From the IMG/VR virus record IMGVR_UViG_2687453623_000004: a DNA stretch of 64,000 bases; one strand, given 5' to 3'. This stretch comes from a virus. Lineage: Duplodnaviria; Heunggongvirae; Uroviricota; Caudoviricetes. The position numbers were made by a program, and so were the translations under genes. Of the stretch, positions 9,348-19,227 are shown piece after piece. Position 1 is the stretch's first letter. Each line of letters starts with the position of its first letter. The notes below the pieces were generated by a model. That model worked only from the letters and a program-made list of their open reading frames with translations, had not been told where the DNA came from and did no database searches.

Positions 9348-10112
9348 TCAGAAGTTGCAGATTAGCAGTTCACGGCGCGGCGTGGGTTTACCCGCCAGAC
9401 TGTAGTTGATATTCACTGTCTGTATGTTCAGTCCAGTGAACACCTCGCGCATCTGCGGGATGTCGTTCACCGAAATTATCATTTTTCCTCTGATGCACCG
9501 GGCCAGCTCTGCCAGCCGCGAGTAGTTCCCTTCAGGAAAATCCACACCATAGCCTTCCGTACCCAGGTACGGTGGGTCGCAGTAGAACAGCGTGTGCGGA
9601 CGATCATAACGCTCAATGCACTGTTGCCAGTCCATGTGTTCTATGACTGTTCTGGAAAGCCGCAGGTGTGCCGCTGACAGTTCTTCTTCAATACGTAGCA
9701 GGTTGAAGCGTGGCGGGGATGTGGTGGAGGTACCGAAGCTGTGCTCTGCCACCTTGCCGCCAAACGCCTGCTTCTGAAGGTAGTAGAACCGTGCCGCACG
9801 CTGGATATCCGTCAGTGTTTCTTCCGGGGTGATCTGCAGCCATTTGTAGATCTGACGGCTGACCAGCGCCCATTTGAACTGGCGGACAAATTCTTCCAGG
9901 TGATGCTTTACCACCCGGTACAGATTCACCAGTTCACCGTTGATATCATTGATGACTTCGATCTTGCCGGGTGTCTTAAGAAAATAGAGCGCTGCTGCCC
10001 CACAAAACGGCTCCACATAACATTCATGCGCCGGAAACAGCGGCAGAATGTGTTTTGCAAGGCGGCGTTTGCCACCAATCCACGGCACGATGGGTAATGT
10101 CTGCATTTTCAT
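9348..10112 (-). CDS. dam: Orphan DNA adenine methyltransferase (Dam family)
   Basis: N-terminus MKMQTLPIVPWIGGKRRLAKHILPLF and DPPY motif; start taken at an internal Met of the 284-aa track ORF; no adjacent restriction enzyme. Confidence 0.75.
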   Translation of the reverse strand: MKMQTLPIVPWIGGKRRLAKHILPLFPAHECYVEPFCGAAALYFLKTPGKIEVINDINGELVNLYRVVKHHLEEFVRQFKWALVSRQIYKWLQITPEETLTDIQRAARFYYLQKQAFGGKVAEHSFGTSTTSPPRFNLLRIEEELSAAHLRLSRTVIEHMDWQQCIERYDRPHTLFYCDPPYLGTEGYGVDFPEGNYSRLAELARCIRGKMIISVNDIPQMREVFTGLNIQTVNINYSLAGKPTPRRELLICNF

Positions 10113-10302
10113 AATCTGCAAGCCTTTTACAATTATTAAAAAATATGGCAGTCTGGTCAGGTCTCGCGAGACTGACTGAACCTTGGTCGGCTCACAGCGC
10201 ATTCCTGTGGGGCGATGACCAGCCCGGCTTTCGGGTGCCGGGCTGGTCGTTCTTTCATGATGCGGCAGGGATGGCGGGATTTCTGTTAATGTGGTTTAGG
10301 GA

Positions 10303-10518
10303 TTATCCGGGGCGATTTTCTGACCTTATCCGGTCCAGGGCATAAGTAATACCTTCTGCAAAAACAGAAGTATCAAACTGCTTTTGTATTCCCTGAAAAT
10401 GAAAAGCGGCACGACAGACACTCAGTTCTCCGCGGTATAACCGGATAATATCTTCCAGAACATTGTTCACTGCTTCAGCACGGCGCTGATGTTCTGTTAA
10501 CGTTAATCGGGGATTCAT
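10303..10518 (-). CDS. Hypothetical small protein
   Basis: 71-aa ORF co-oriented with dam. Confidence 0.3.
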   Translation of the reverse strand: MNPRLTLTEHQRRAEAVNNVLEDIIRLYRGELSVCRAAFHFQGIQKQFDTSVFAEGITYALDRIRSENRPG

Positions 10519-10921
10519 GATGCACTCCTTAAATGATGATTTTTATGTACTCACCGGCAAAATATTCTGCCGATTACTGAACACGCATCCGGCACCTCAG
10601 GTTTTGATTTATTCTGGTTTTTTCGATATCCCGGACCAGGTTGATCACGACCAGAAAAAGTGCCGGTGTTTTATTGATACGCTGATATGGCTTCGGGATA
10701 ACAGCTATATTCGTTACTCTCAGTTGCTGGCTGTGGGAGCGGCTGATGTCGTCCTCACGGAAAAAACGCTCTGTCTGCTCAATGCCATGCCGACCTTTCT
10801 GCAGCCCCGGCCCGTACCATTTAAAGAGTCACTTCTGGATGCAGTAAAAACCGGTGAAAATGCAGTCATCGCTGAATGCGTATCCCGGATTATGCGTTAC
10901 GTGTTTAATGAACGTAAGTGA
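10517..10921 (+). CDS. Hypothetical protein on the opposite strand within the accessory block
   Basis: 134-aa ORF filling the gap between two minus-strand genes; weak ribosome-binding site; could be spurious. Confidence 0.25.
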   Translation: MMHSLNDDFYVLTGKIFCRLLNTHPAPQVLIYSGFFDIPDQVDHDQKKCRCFIDTLIWLRDNSYIRYSQLLAVGAADVVLTEKTLCLLNAMPTFLQPRPVPFKESLLDAVKTGENAVIAECVSRIMRYVFNERK

Positions 10922-11625
10922 GGTTTATCCGCTGTCTGCATAATCCCGATAGCCAGTGCGAGGGGAAGTAATTCCGGGGAAACTCTTTCAAACAGCGATG
11001 CCCATTCTCCTCTCGCCATCACTCTGTCCAGCCCGCCCTCCAGTTGCATTTCAGCAATCTTCCTGATTTCCCGGAACAACGCCGCTTTGATCTCTTCATG
11101 CTCAGCTTTATTTTCCGGTGTCAGAAGGTATTCGTCGAAGAACCGGGGAGGCTGGTTAATCGGGATGTGTTCCTGTTTGCCGTACTTCGGGGACGAACAA
11201 CATTCTGTTGACTGACCAGTGAGTTTACGTAACTCCTTCATGAGCAGCTCCTGATCGTAAACTGTCATCAGTGCCGCAATGGTGGCATGCAGTGCATCGG
11301 GCAGTATCCAGGGTTGCCGGCCCGTGGGGCATATAACATCCAGCAGCTCATTCGTCCGACAGATACGCTCCTCGCCGTATGACAACAGGCCCTGTCCCGT
11401 GTATTCCTCCAGCCTGATCACTGTGCCAGCCCGTGGTTTCTGCCATGTGCTCAGATCATCCCCACTCATACGGCGCTCACCGTCCACGTCTGCGGCGTCG
11501 ACAATGACGCTGTTTCCGAATTCCTGTTTCACCACTTCCTCTATTCGCGCCAGTACGTAACTTTTACCGCTGCCCACAGGACCGGACACGGTGACAGTGA
11601 TGACCGGATTCAGTGTCTGCGTCAT
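10897..11625 (-). CDS. P-loop NTPase of unknown function
   Basis: 242 aa; Walker A GPVGSGKSY near the N-terminus; first gene of a leftward accessory block. Confidence 0.45.
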   Translation of the reverse strand: MTQTLNPVITVTVSGPVGSGKSYVLARIEEVVKQEFGNSVIVDAADVDGERRMSGDDLSTWQKPRAGTVIRLEEYTGQGLLSYGEERICRTNELLDVICPTGRQPWILPDALHATIAALMTVYDQELLMKELRKLTGQSTECCSSPKYGKQEHIPINQPPRFFDEYLLTPENKAEHEEIKAALFREIRKIAEMQLEGGLDRVMARGEWASLFERVSPELLPLALAIGIMQTADKPHLRSLNT

Positions 11626-11755
11626 ATCGTATTCTCCTCTGTGAATAATTCATCGTTTATCCTGCACATCCCGTATCCCCGGCTCTCTTAACGCGCTTTA
11701 AAATCCTTCGCGCCCTGTATTTGTGATGCTGTCTCCACCAGATAAGGAGACACAC

Positions 11756-12106
11756 ATGAAAAACCTGAAAAAATTCATTCCCCCTGTTAAAAAACCTCGC
11801 CTCAGCGGCTGGCTGCTGACCTCAGTGCTGTTGCTGGGCACCATCGCTCTGGTCTCACCACAGCAGCTGCCTGTTGTGATCTACAAGCTGGCACTCATCA
11901 CGCTGGCAGCAGTGCTGGGTTACTGGCTTGACCGTTCGCTCTTCCCCAAAGCCCGTCCCGGTCAGTACCTGAAACATGACGACAGGCTGATGGCTGAAGG
12001 GCGTTTCCCGGTACAGACCGGCCTTCACCTGGTGTTTTCTGCTGCGTTAATCCGCCGTGCACTGATTGTTGCAGCGGTCTGCCTGGCTGTTGCGATGGGG
12101 CTTTAA
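11756..12106 (+). CDS. Putative holin (three predicted membrane helices)
   Basis: Start at ATG 11756 preceded by AAGGAGA; immediately upstream of the endolysin. Confidence 0.45.
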   Translation: MKNLKKFIPPVKKPRLSGWLLTSVLLLGTIALVSPQQLPVVIYKLALITLAAVLGYWLDRSLFPKARPGQYLKHDDRLMAEGRFPVQTGLHLVFSAALIRRALIVAAVCLAVAMGL

Positions 12107-12108
12107 TC

Positions 12109-12849
12109 ATGAACTGGCCGCAGATCACCTGGATTGTATGCATGTCCCTGAAACTGGCTTTCGAAGCCTTTCGGGTCTTCATCAGAACCGAACGCCTGTC
12201 AGTCCGCGCCGGGACCTTTCTGGTTCATATGGCATGGGTATTCTTTGTCGCAATGTTGCTCTGGTGTGGCGGCTTTTTCAGCCAGGCATGCGCAGCACAA
12301 CCTCCGCAGGCTGCGCTGCAGTATCGCGATGATGTGATCCGTAATGCCCGGCTTGAATGGGGACTGTCTGCGCCGGTGGCCGATTTCGCCGCGCAACTGC
12401 ATCAGGAAAGCGGCTGGCGACCTGATGCGATCTCGCCGGCTGGCGCTCAGGGACTGGCGCAGTTCATGCCTGCCACTGCCGACTGGATAAGCCAGTTGAT
12501 ACCGATGCTGAGCAGTCGTGAGCCGTTTAATCCGGCATGGGCTATCCGGGCGCTGGTCAGCTATGACCGCTGGCTGTGGCAGCGTGTCAGCGCCGCCAGT
12601 GACTGCGAGCGTATGGCCATGACACTGTCGGGCTATAACGGTGGTCTGGGCTGGGTACAACGGGACAGGCGGCTTGCATCACAGAAAGGTCTGGACAGCA
12701 CCCGCTGGTTCGGACATGTCGCCACGGTGAATGCCGGACGCAATGCGGCCAGCTGGCGGGAGAACCGCCATTATCCGCAGCGCATCCTGCGCGAACTGGC
12801 ACCGCGATATCTCACATGGGGAGGCAGCAGTTGTGTGGCATCTGGTTAA
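12109..12849 (+). CDS. Endolysin, lytic transglycosylase (SLT domain) with N-terminal signal/anchor-like segment
   Basis: AQLHQESGW ... GAQGLAQFMPATA motifs; hydrophobic N-terminal region ending SQACAAQ. Confidence 0.7.
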   Translation: MNWPQITWIVCMSLKLAFEAFRVFIRTERLSVRAGTFLVHMAWVFFVAMLLWCGGFFSQACAAQPPQAALQYRDDVIRNARLEWGLSAPVADFAAQLHQESGWRPDAISPAGAQGLAQFMPATADWISQLIPMLSSREPFNPAWAIRALVSYDRWLWQRVSAASDCERMAMTLSGYNGGLGWVQRDRRLASQKGLDSTRWFGHVATVNAGRNAASWRENRHYPQRILRELAPRYLTWGGSSCVASG

Positions 12850-13483
12850 AAAGCTGCCGTGGCGCGGCATTCTGCTGGCCATTCTTATCAATGCCTTTCT
12901 GGTCGGCCTGTATGCCATGGGATACAGAAGTGGTCATGACTCTGCAAAGCGTGACGGTGATACCGCGCTAAGTCAGTTGCAGTCAGCATTTGACGCGTAC
13001 AAAACGGAGCAGGCAACGCTTGAGAATGCTGCGCTGCGGGCCTGGGCCAGACGGTATCAGGAGCAGGTGGCCGCCGGGCAGCGGGCTGAAGCCGGTTATC
13101 TTGAGCAGATTGCTCAACTGGAGAGCCGGAACAAACAACTACAGGGGCAAATTAACGATGTCACACAGCGCTGGATTGATGAAAAAGGTAAGAGTCATCC
13201 CATTGAGTGCGTGTTTACTCGCGGTTTCGTGCGCCAGTACAACGCCGCACTCGGATATGACAACGCATCCGTCGACACCGGTCATTCAGACTCAGTTGCC
13301 GCCACTGGCACCCGCTCTGGCACAGCGACCGGGCAACCTGAAACCACTGACACCCGGTTACGCGATTCGGGTGTCTCCCAGCGTGACGTTCTCGCCAACA
13401 TCATCGACAACGCATGGCAATGTCGTCGCTGGCGGAACCAGATAAACGCGCTGCTGGATGAACGGGAAGGATTACAGAAATGA
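12833..13483 (+). CDS. i-spanin (Rz-like); start uncertain (possibly GTG)
   Basis: N-terminal membrane helix GILLAILINAFLVGLYAMGY then coiled-coil; contains an embedded ORF in another frame. Confidence 0.5.
   Translation: MWHLVKKLPWRGILLAILINAFLVGLYAMGYRSGHDSAKRDGDTALSQLQSAFDAYKTEQATLENAALRAWARRYQEQVAAGQRAEAGYLEQIAQLESRNKQLQGQINDVTQRWIDEKGKSHPIECVFTRGFVRQYNAALGYDNASVDTGHSDSVAATGTRSGTATGQPETTDTRLRDSGVSQRDVLANIIDNAWQCRRWRNQINALLDEREGLQK
13179..13445 (+). CDS. o-spanin (Rz1-like lipoprotein) embedded in the i-spanin gene
   Basis: MKKVRVIPLSACLLAVSCAS lipoprotein-type signal followed by proline-rich sequence, in the +1 frame inside Rz. Confidence 0.5.
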   Translation: MKKVRVIPLSACLLAVSCASTTPHSDMTTHPSTPVIQTQLPPLAPALAQRPGNLKPLTPGYAIRVSPSVTFSPTSSTTHGNVVAGGTR

Positions 13484-13806
13484 CACTGCAGGTTGAATTC
13501 TGGACGGTGGTGAGTTTTCTGCTCACCTTCATGAGGTTTGTGGGAGGGCTCGCCAAATGGTTGTTCAGTAAAACAGAAGAACGCCAGGCGGCACGATTCG
13601 CCTCCCTTGAACAGGCCCTGCAACAATCCGCCTCCAACTGGGGCGAGCTGGAAAAAGAATTTATGCGATTTAAAGCGGATTTACCGCTGAATTATGTCCG
13701 TCGAGAGGATTATATCCGTGGCCAGACAGTCATTGAGGCCAAACTGGACGCGCTTTATAACAAACTGGAAGTGGTACAGCAGTACCGCAATACCGGAGGT
13801 CAATAA
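13480..13806 (+). CDS. Hypothetical membrane-anchored late protein
   Basis: 108 aa; N-terminal helix; precedes terminase genes. Confidence 0.4.
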   Translation: MTLQVEFWTVVSFLLTFMRFVGGLAKWLFSKTEERQAARFASLEQALQQSASNWGELEKEFMRFKADLPLNYVRREDYIRGQTVIEAKLDALYNKLEVVQQYRNTGGQ

Positions 13807-14117
13807 TGGTCGATATTACCCGGGTACGCCGCGAATCCCTGCGCTGGAGTCTGCTGGTTGCCCTGAACAAGACCCGCCCTTACACCGCCAGCGAGACGCT
13901 GCTGCTGGATGTGTCCCGTGCCATCTACCCGGACACCACACCGCTGGAACTGCGCCGCGAACTGGATTATCTGGCTGACCGTAAAATGGTTGAGCTGGAG
14001 AAAAAACCTTCTGGCGACTGGTTTGCTGACCTGACCCGCCTCGGCGTAGACCTGGTGGAATACACCGTGGAATGTGGTCCGGGTATTGCCCGCCCGGAAA
14101 AGTACTGGAGTGAATAA
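13806..14117 (+). CDS. Hypothetical late protein
   Basis: 103-aa ORF, translationally coupled. Confidence 0.4.
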   Translation: MVDITRVRRESLRWSLLVALNKTRPYTASETLLLDVSRAIYPDTTPLELRRELDYLADRKMVELEKKPSGDWFADLTRLGVDLVEYTVECGPGIARPEKYWSE

Positions 14118-14662
14118 TGGCCAGACGCAGCACAATAGAAAAGCTGCCGGAAGACGTGCGCCGCTGGCTTGAACGGGCGCTGACTGAATCCGGCTTCAGC
14201 GGGTATAACGAGCTGGAGTCACTGTTGCGTGAGCGGGGGTACGTCATCAGCAAATCCGCTATCCATCGCTATGGACAGAAGATTGAGCGCCGCTATGGTG
14301 CTATCCGTGCGGCAACAGAAGCGGCCCGCATGCTGACCGAAGGCGCAGCAGACGATCAGGATGCGCGTTCGGAGGCTGTGATAGCCCTTATTCAGACCGA
14401 GCTGTTCGAGAGTATTGTCCAGTTGCAGGAGGCGGAAGAAGGCGAAGTCGATCCTAAAGAACGCGTGGCCCTGCTGTCGAAGGTGGCGAAGAATGTGGCT
14501 ACGCTGTCCCGCGCGTCCGTCAACCTCAAAAAGTTCCAGTCTGAAGTACGGGCCAGAGCGCAGCAGGCAGCCAGCAACGCCGAGAAAATTGCCCGTAAGG
14601 GGGGACTGTCAAGCGACGCAGTACAGGCGCTTCGTCGCGAGATTCTGGGGATTGCCACATGA
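14117..14662 (+). CDS. Putative terminase small subunit (Mu gp27-like)
   Basis: 181 aa directly upstream of the large terminase gene; family from memory. Confidence 0.5.
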   Translation: MARRSTIEKLPEDVRRWLERALTESGFSGYNELESLLRERGYVISKSAIHRYGQKIERRYGAIRAATEAARMLTEGAADDQDARSEAVIALIQTELFESIVQLQEAEEGEVDPKERVALLSKVAKNVATLSRASVNLKKFQSEVRARAQQAASNAEKIARKGGLSSDAVQALRREILGIAT

Positions 14663-16254
14663 CAAAATCATCCGGAGTGATTTTAAACGCCGCTGGCGGC
14701 GGCCCCGAAGGGATGAGTCCCATGGACGGGAGGAATAACCTTGCTCCCGTTTTGCCTGATACCTCGGCGCTGGATGCCCCTCCCGTTCTGTTGCCTTACC
14801 AGCAGCGCTGGGTGGCAGACACCTCTCCGCTTAAGGTGATAGAAAAGAGCCGTCGTACCGGTATTACATGGGCTGAGGCATCCGATAACGTACTGACCGC
14901 CGCCTCTTCTGCGCCAGCAGGCGGGATGAATGTGTATTACATCGCTTATAACCAGGACATGACCGTCGAATACATTCAGGCGTGTGCGATGTGGGCACGG
15001 GCATTCAACTATGCGGCCAGTGAAATTGAAGAAGGATTCTGGGAAGAGGACGACGACGACAAACACATCAGGACTTACACCATCAAATTTCCTGACTCCG
15101 GCTTTCGTATTGTTGCGCTCTCCAGCCGCCCGTCTAACCTGCGTGGCCGTCAGGGTATTATTGTTATCGACGAAGCGGCGTTCCATGAGCAACTGGACGA
15201 ACTGCTGAAAGCGGCGCTGGCGATGCTTATCTGGGGGGGAAAGGTACGCGTTATCTCCACCCATGACGGTGACGACAATCCGTTCAATACGCTTATCGGG
15301 GATATCCGTGCCGGACGTCAGGGAGGCAGCATACATCGCATCACTTTCCGGGAAGCCGTATCTGAGGGGCTGTTCCGGCGCGTCTGTCTGCGCACCGGGA
15401 AGGAATGGTCGGAGGCATCCGAGCAGGCCTGGATGGCATCGGTGTACAAATTCTACGGTGCCGGCGCATCCGAAGAGCTTGACTGTATTCCGGCCAACGG
15501 TGGCGGTGCCTGGCTGTCCCGTGCCCTGATAGAGTCCCGCATGTCCGCTGATACGCCGGTATTGCGTCTGACCTGCAAGGAAGGTTATGAACTGCTGTCT
15601 GATGAGGTTCGCTTCCGCGAGACGCAGGACTGGCTTGATGAGTATCTGAAACCATTGCTGGAGGCACTCCCCACTGATGCCCGCTCTTTCCTGGGGCGCG
15701 ACTTTGGCCGTAGCGGTGATTTGTCGGTGGACTATCCCCTGCTGCAGGAGAAGAACCTGGTACGACGCGTGCCATTCGTACTGGAGCTGCGTAACGTGCC
15801 GTTCAGACAGCAGGAGCAAATCACCTGGTATCTGATGGATGGCCTGCCCGGTCTGCTGGGTGCAGCGTTTGATGCCCGTGGTAATGGTGCCTATCTGGCT
15901 GAATACGCCATGCAGCGCTACGGCTCCGGCCGGGTTCAGCAGGTGATGCCAACCGAAGGCTGGTACCGGGAGCATATGCCTCCGGTCAAAGCTGCACTGG
16001 AAGACGGCAACCTGGTGGACTTACCAAAGGATGAAGACACACTGGATGACCTGCGGGCCGTTCAGGTGGTGAACGGTGTCCCCCGCGTACCGGAGCAACG
16101 CTCAAAAGCAAAGGCTGACGGTGGTAAACGCCACGGGGATTCAGCCATCGCACTGGCGCTGGCGTATTTCGCCAGCCGTGAAATTAACAAAGGGCCGGTG
16201 AAGGCAAGCTCACGCCGTCGTCGTCAGGCGGCCCGTATGCTGGAGGGATTCTGA
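14659..16254 (+). CDS. Terminase large subunit
   Basis: 531 aa; position and size typical of Mu gp28-like terminase. Confidence 0.7.
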   Translation: MTKSSGVILNAAGGGPEGMSPMDGRNNLAPVLPDTSALDAPPVLLPYQQRWVADTSPLKVIEKSRRTGITWAEASDNVLTAASSAPAGGMNVYYIAYNQDMTVEYIQACAMWARAFNYAASEIEEGFWEEDDDDKHIRTYTIKFPDSGFRIVALSSRPSNLRGRQGIIVIDEAAFHEQLDELLKAALAMLIWGGKVRVISTHDGDDNPFNTLIGDIRAGRQGGSIHRITFREAVSEGLFRRVCLRTGKEWSEASEQAWMASVYKFYGAGASEELDCIPANGGGAWLSRALIESRMSADTPVLRLTCKEGYELLSDEVRFRETQDWLDEYLKPLLEALPTDARSFLGRDFGRSGDLSVDYPLLQEKNLVRRVPFVLELRNVPFRQQEQITWYLMDGLPGLLGAAFDARGNGAYLAEYAMQRYGSGRVQQVMPTEGWYREHMPPVKAALEDGNLVDLPKDEDTLDDLRAVQVVNGVPRVPEQRSKAKADGGKRHGDSAIALALAYFASREINKGPVKASSRRRRQAARMLEGF

Positions 16255-17750
16255 TGGCGAGGGGTATCTGGGTTTCACCCGATGAATTTGTTGCTTTTTC
16301 TGAGCCTCAGAAATCACTGACCGCGCAGATTGCCTCCCGCAGCCGCGCGATCGACTTTTACGGACTGGGCATGTATCTGCCCAATCCTGATCCCATTCTC
16401 AAGGCTCAGGGACGGGATATCCGTATCTACCGCGAACTGCGCACCGACCCGCTGGTCGGGGGCTGTATCCGCAGACGTAAAGCAGCGCTCAAATCGCTGG
16501 AGCGTGGACTGGAGCGTGGTCACGCCTCTGCCCGGGTCTTCCGTTTCATCCGCGACATGCTCGACGATCTGGATCTGTCCCGCATCATCGGTGAAATGAG
16601 CGATGCCGTGCTCTACGGGTATCAGCCCTGTGAAATCATGTGGGGCCGTTCGGTCAGGTCGTGGGCGGTGACGGATATTGTCGGCAAACCGCCTGAGTGG
16701 TTTCAGTTTGATACGGACAACTGCCTGCGCTTTCGGGCGCGTGATGCGGGTGTGGAGGGTGAGCTGCTGTCACCGTCAAAATTCGTGGTGCCGGCACAGG
16801 ATGCCTCGTATGACAATCCTTACGGTTTCCCGGACCTGTCCATGTGCTTCTGGCCGGTCGCCTTCAAGAAAGGCGGGATGAAATTCTGGCTCCGCTTTGC
16901 CGAAAAGTTTGGCTCCCCGTGGGTGATCGGTAAGCACCCGAGGGGCGCAAATGATGCAGAGATTGAAAAACTGCTGGACTCCATGGAGCAGATGGTGGAG
17001 GACGCGGTGGCCGCCATCCCCGATGACAGCAGTATTGAGCTCAGGGCAGCGGATGGCAAGGCAGACAGCAGCGAGGTATTTCGCGAGCTGATCACACTGT
17101 CACGCAGTGAGATCTCCATTGCATTACTCGGTCAGAATCAGACCACGGAAGCGAACAGTAACAAGGCCTCTGCACAGGCCGGGCTGGAGGTAACGGCTGA
17201 TATCCGCGATGCGGATGCGGACATCATTCAGGCGGCAGTGAATCAGGTCATCAGAACGGTGGTCACCCTGAACTTCGGCGATGTGCCGTGTCCGGTCTGG
17301 GCCATGTGGGAACAGGAGGCCATTGATGACACCCGTGCCACCCGCGACGAAAAACTCACCCGGGCGGGTCTGCGTCTGACCCCGCAGTACTTCAAGCGTG
17401 AGTACCAACTGCAGGACGGCGATATTGACGAGACACCACCGTCGGAACGCCAGAATAACATGCTGCCGCTGTCATTTGCCGAGGCGATTGATGCTGATAT
17501 TCAGGCTCAGCAGCAGCTTGACGACGCGCTGGACATTCTGATGAACGGAGGCGCGTTAAATGGCACGCTGGAACCCGTCCTGGCACCTCTGTTCAGGCGG
17601 GTCGAAAACGGGGTTAACCCGTCTGAGCTGCTGGGCGAACTGGCGGAGCTCTACCCTCAGATGAACACGGACGATCTGCAGGAGCGGCTGGCCCGCATTC
17701 TCTTTGTGGCAAATATCCGGGGACGTCTGCATGAGCGTGACAACGGCTGA
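16254..17750 (+). CDS. Portal protein (Mu gp29-like)
   Basis: 498 aa following the terminase. Confidence 0.7.
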   Translation: MARGIWVSPDEFVAFSEPQKSLTAQIASRSRAIDFYGLGMYLPNPDPILKAQGRDIRIYRELRTDPLVGGCIRRRKAALKSLERGLERGHASARVFRFIRDMLDDLDLSRIIGEMSDAVLYGYQPCEIMWGRSVRSWAVTDIVGKPPEWFQFDTDNCLRFRARDAGVEGELLSPSKFVVPAQDASYDNPYGFPDLSMCFWPVAFKKGGMKFWLRFAEKFGSPWVIGKHPRGANDAEIEKLLDSMEQMVEDAVAAIPDDSSIELRAADGKADSSEVFRELITLSRSEISIALLGQNQTTEANSNKASAQAGLEVTADIRDADADIIQAAVNQVIRTVVTLNFGDVPCPVWAMWEQEAIDDTRATRDEKLTRAGLRLTPQYFKREYQLQDGDIDETPPSERQNNMLPLSFAEAIDADIQAQQQLDDALDILMNGGALNGTLEPVLAPLFRRVENGVNPSELLGELAELYPQMNTDDLQERLARILFVANIRGRLHERDNG

Positions 17751-18552
17751 ACTGGCGTACTGCATGACGCTTCCCCCGAAGCGGGCAATCAACTACCTGA
17801 AGTCCAAAGGATATCAGATTACCTGGGACTGGGAAGAAATGTGGCAGGAGGCCCATGCCCGCGCCTTTACCGTTGCTAAAGTGACCCGCCTGGATATCCT
17901 GGAAGATATTCGCGGGGCACTGCAGCAGGCTGTCGATGAAGGAAAAACCGATCGCTGGTTCCGGCAGGAGCTGGAGCCGGTGCTGAAGCGTAAGGGATGG
18001 TGGGGACCACGTGACACGACTGACCCGGTAACGGGTGAGCCGGTCACCATTCAGCAGGGCAGTCCGTGGCGGCTCGATACCATCTTTCGCACCAATATGT
18101 CCGTACTCTACAGCGCCGGTCGTTGGGCGGAACAGATGGAAAACGTCGACGACAGGCCGTACTGGATGTATACCGGCATCAACGACAGCCATACCCGCAG
18201 GAGCCATCTGGCGCTGCATGGTCTGGTGCTGCGCTGGGATGACCCGTTCTGGCAGGCATTTTACCCGCCGAACGGCTGGCGCTGCCGCTGTAGTGTTATT
18301 GCCCTGAGTGCGGCGGATGTACGTGCCCGTGGCCTGAAGGTTATCAGCTCCGGCTCTGCCATGGGCCAGGAACTGAAACTGGTCTCAGAGAAAACCGGCG
18401 AAATGCGGAACGTGGCCACCTTTAATACCGGCACCACGAAGGTGACCACCGACGTCGGCTGGTCTTATGCTCCGGGGGCAGCATACCGTCCCGACCTGGC
18501 CCGCTATCAGGGTACGCTTCAGCCACTGGCACAACAGGAACTGAGAGGATAA
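17731..18552 (+). CDS. Head morphogenesis protein (Mu F-like)
   Basis: Start taken at internal ATG 17731 of the track ORF; follows the portal gene. Confidence 0.6.
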   Translation: MSVTTAELAYCMTLPPKRAINYLKSKGYQITWDWEEMWQEAHARAFTVAKVTRLDILEDIRGALQQAVDEGKTDRWFRQELEPVLKRKGWWGPRDTTDPVTGEPVTIQQGSPWRLDTIFRTNMSVLYSAGRWAEQMENVDDRPYWMYTGINDSHTRRSHLALHGLVLRWDDPFWQAFYPPNGWRCRCSVIALSAADVRARGLKVISSGSAMGQELKLVSEKTGEMRNVATFNTGTTKVTTDVGWSYAPGAAYRPDLARYQGTLQPLAQQELRG

Positions 18553-18554
18553 CA

Positions 18555-19013
18555 ATGGCTTCCGATAACCTGGTCAGTATCACCATTAACGATAAGTCCC
18601 TGCGCCGGAGCCTCCGTGCGCTGGATCTTGCTGCCACAGACCTGGAGCCCGCGATGCGCAAAATCGCCGGAACCCTGCTGGCGGAAACACAGTTTAACTT
18701 TCTTGATGAGGGGCGTCCGGGGTGGATGCCCTCGCTGGCAGCGGAAGAACGTGACGGGCAGACACTGCAGGATACCGGGCGTCTGATGGGGTCAGTATCA
18801 ACCGACCATGACGACCGGCAGGCTGTTGTGGGGACCAACGTTGTTTACGGTGCCATTCACCAGTTCGGGGGTAAAACGGGGCGTAATGAGTCTGTTGAAC
18901 TTCCGGCCCGCCCGTTCCTGCCGGTGACGGGGGATGGAGAACTACAGCCTGAAGTGGTAATCCCCATCCTCGATACCATTGTCCGCCATCTTGAATCAGC
19001 GGCCCGTCGCTGA
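18555..19013 (+). CDS. Virion morphogenesis protein (Mu G-like)
   Basis: 152 aa; order F-G-I as in Mu. Confidence 0.55.
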   Translation: MASDNLVSITINDKSLRRSLRALDLAATDLEPAMRKIAGTLLAETQFNFLDEGRPGWMPSLAAEERDGQTLQDTGRLMGSVSTDHDDRQAVVGTNVVYGAIHQFGGKTGRNESVELPARPFLPVTGDGELQPEVVIPILDTIVRHLESAARR

Positions 19014-19227
19014 GTTTTCTCTCTTCAGGCGGGTGATTTATCATTGCCAGCGAATGAGGGGCTGTATTACCTTTATAAAGGCTTTACAGCCTCTGTTTTA
19101 TAACCGCCTCCGGTTCACCGCATTGCTTTCCCTGTCCTTCTCCCCTGATGTTTTCTAAAGCAGATTAAAATCGCCGGGCCTGCATTTCTCACAAACTGTC
19201 TCCGACAACATAACGCGGGACAGCAAA

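Noticed and set aside
9179-9409. 76-aa ORF downstream of the repressor gene
   Set aside because: Runs through the repressor terminator hairpin and into the 3' end of dam; no start context; likely spurious.
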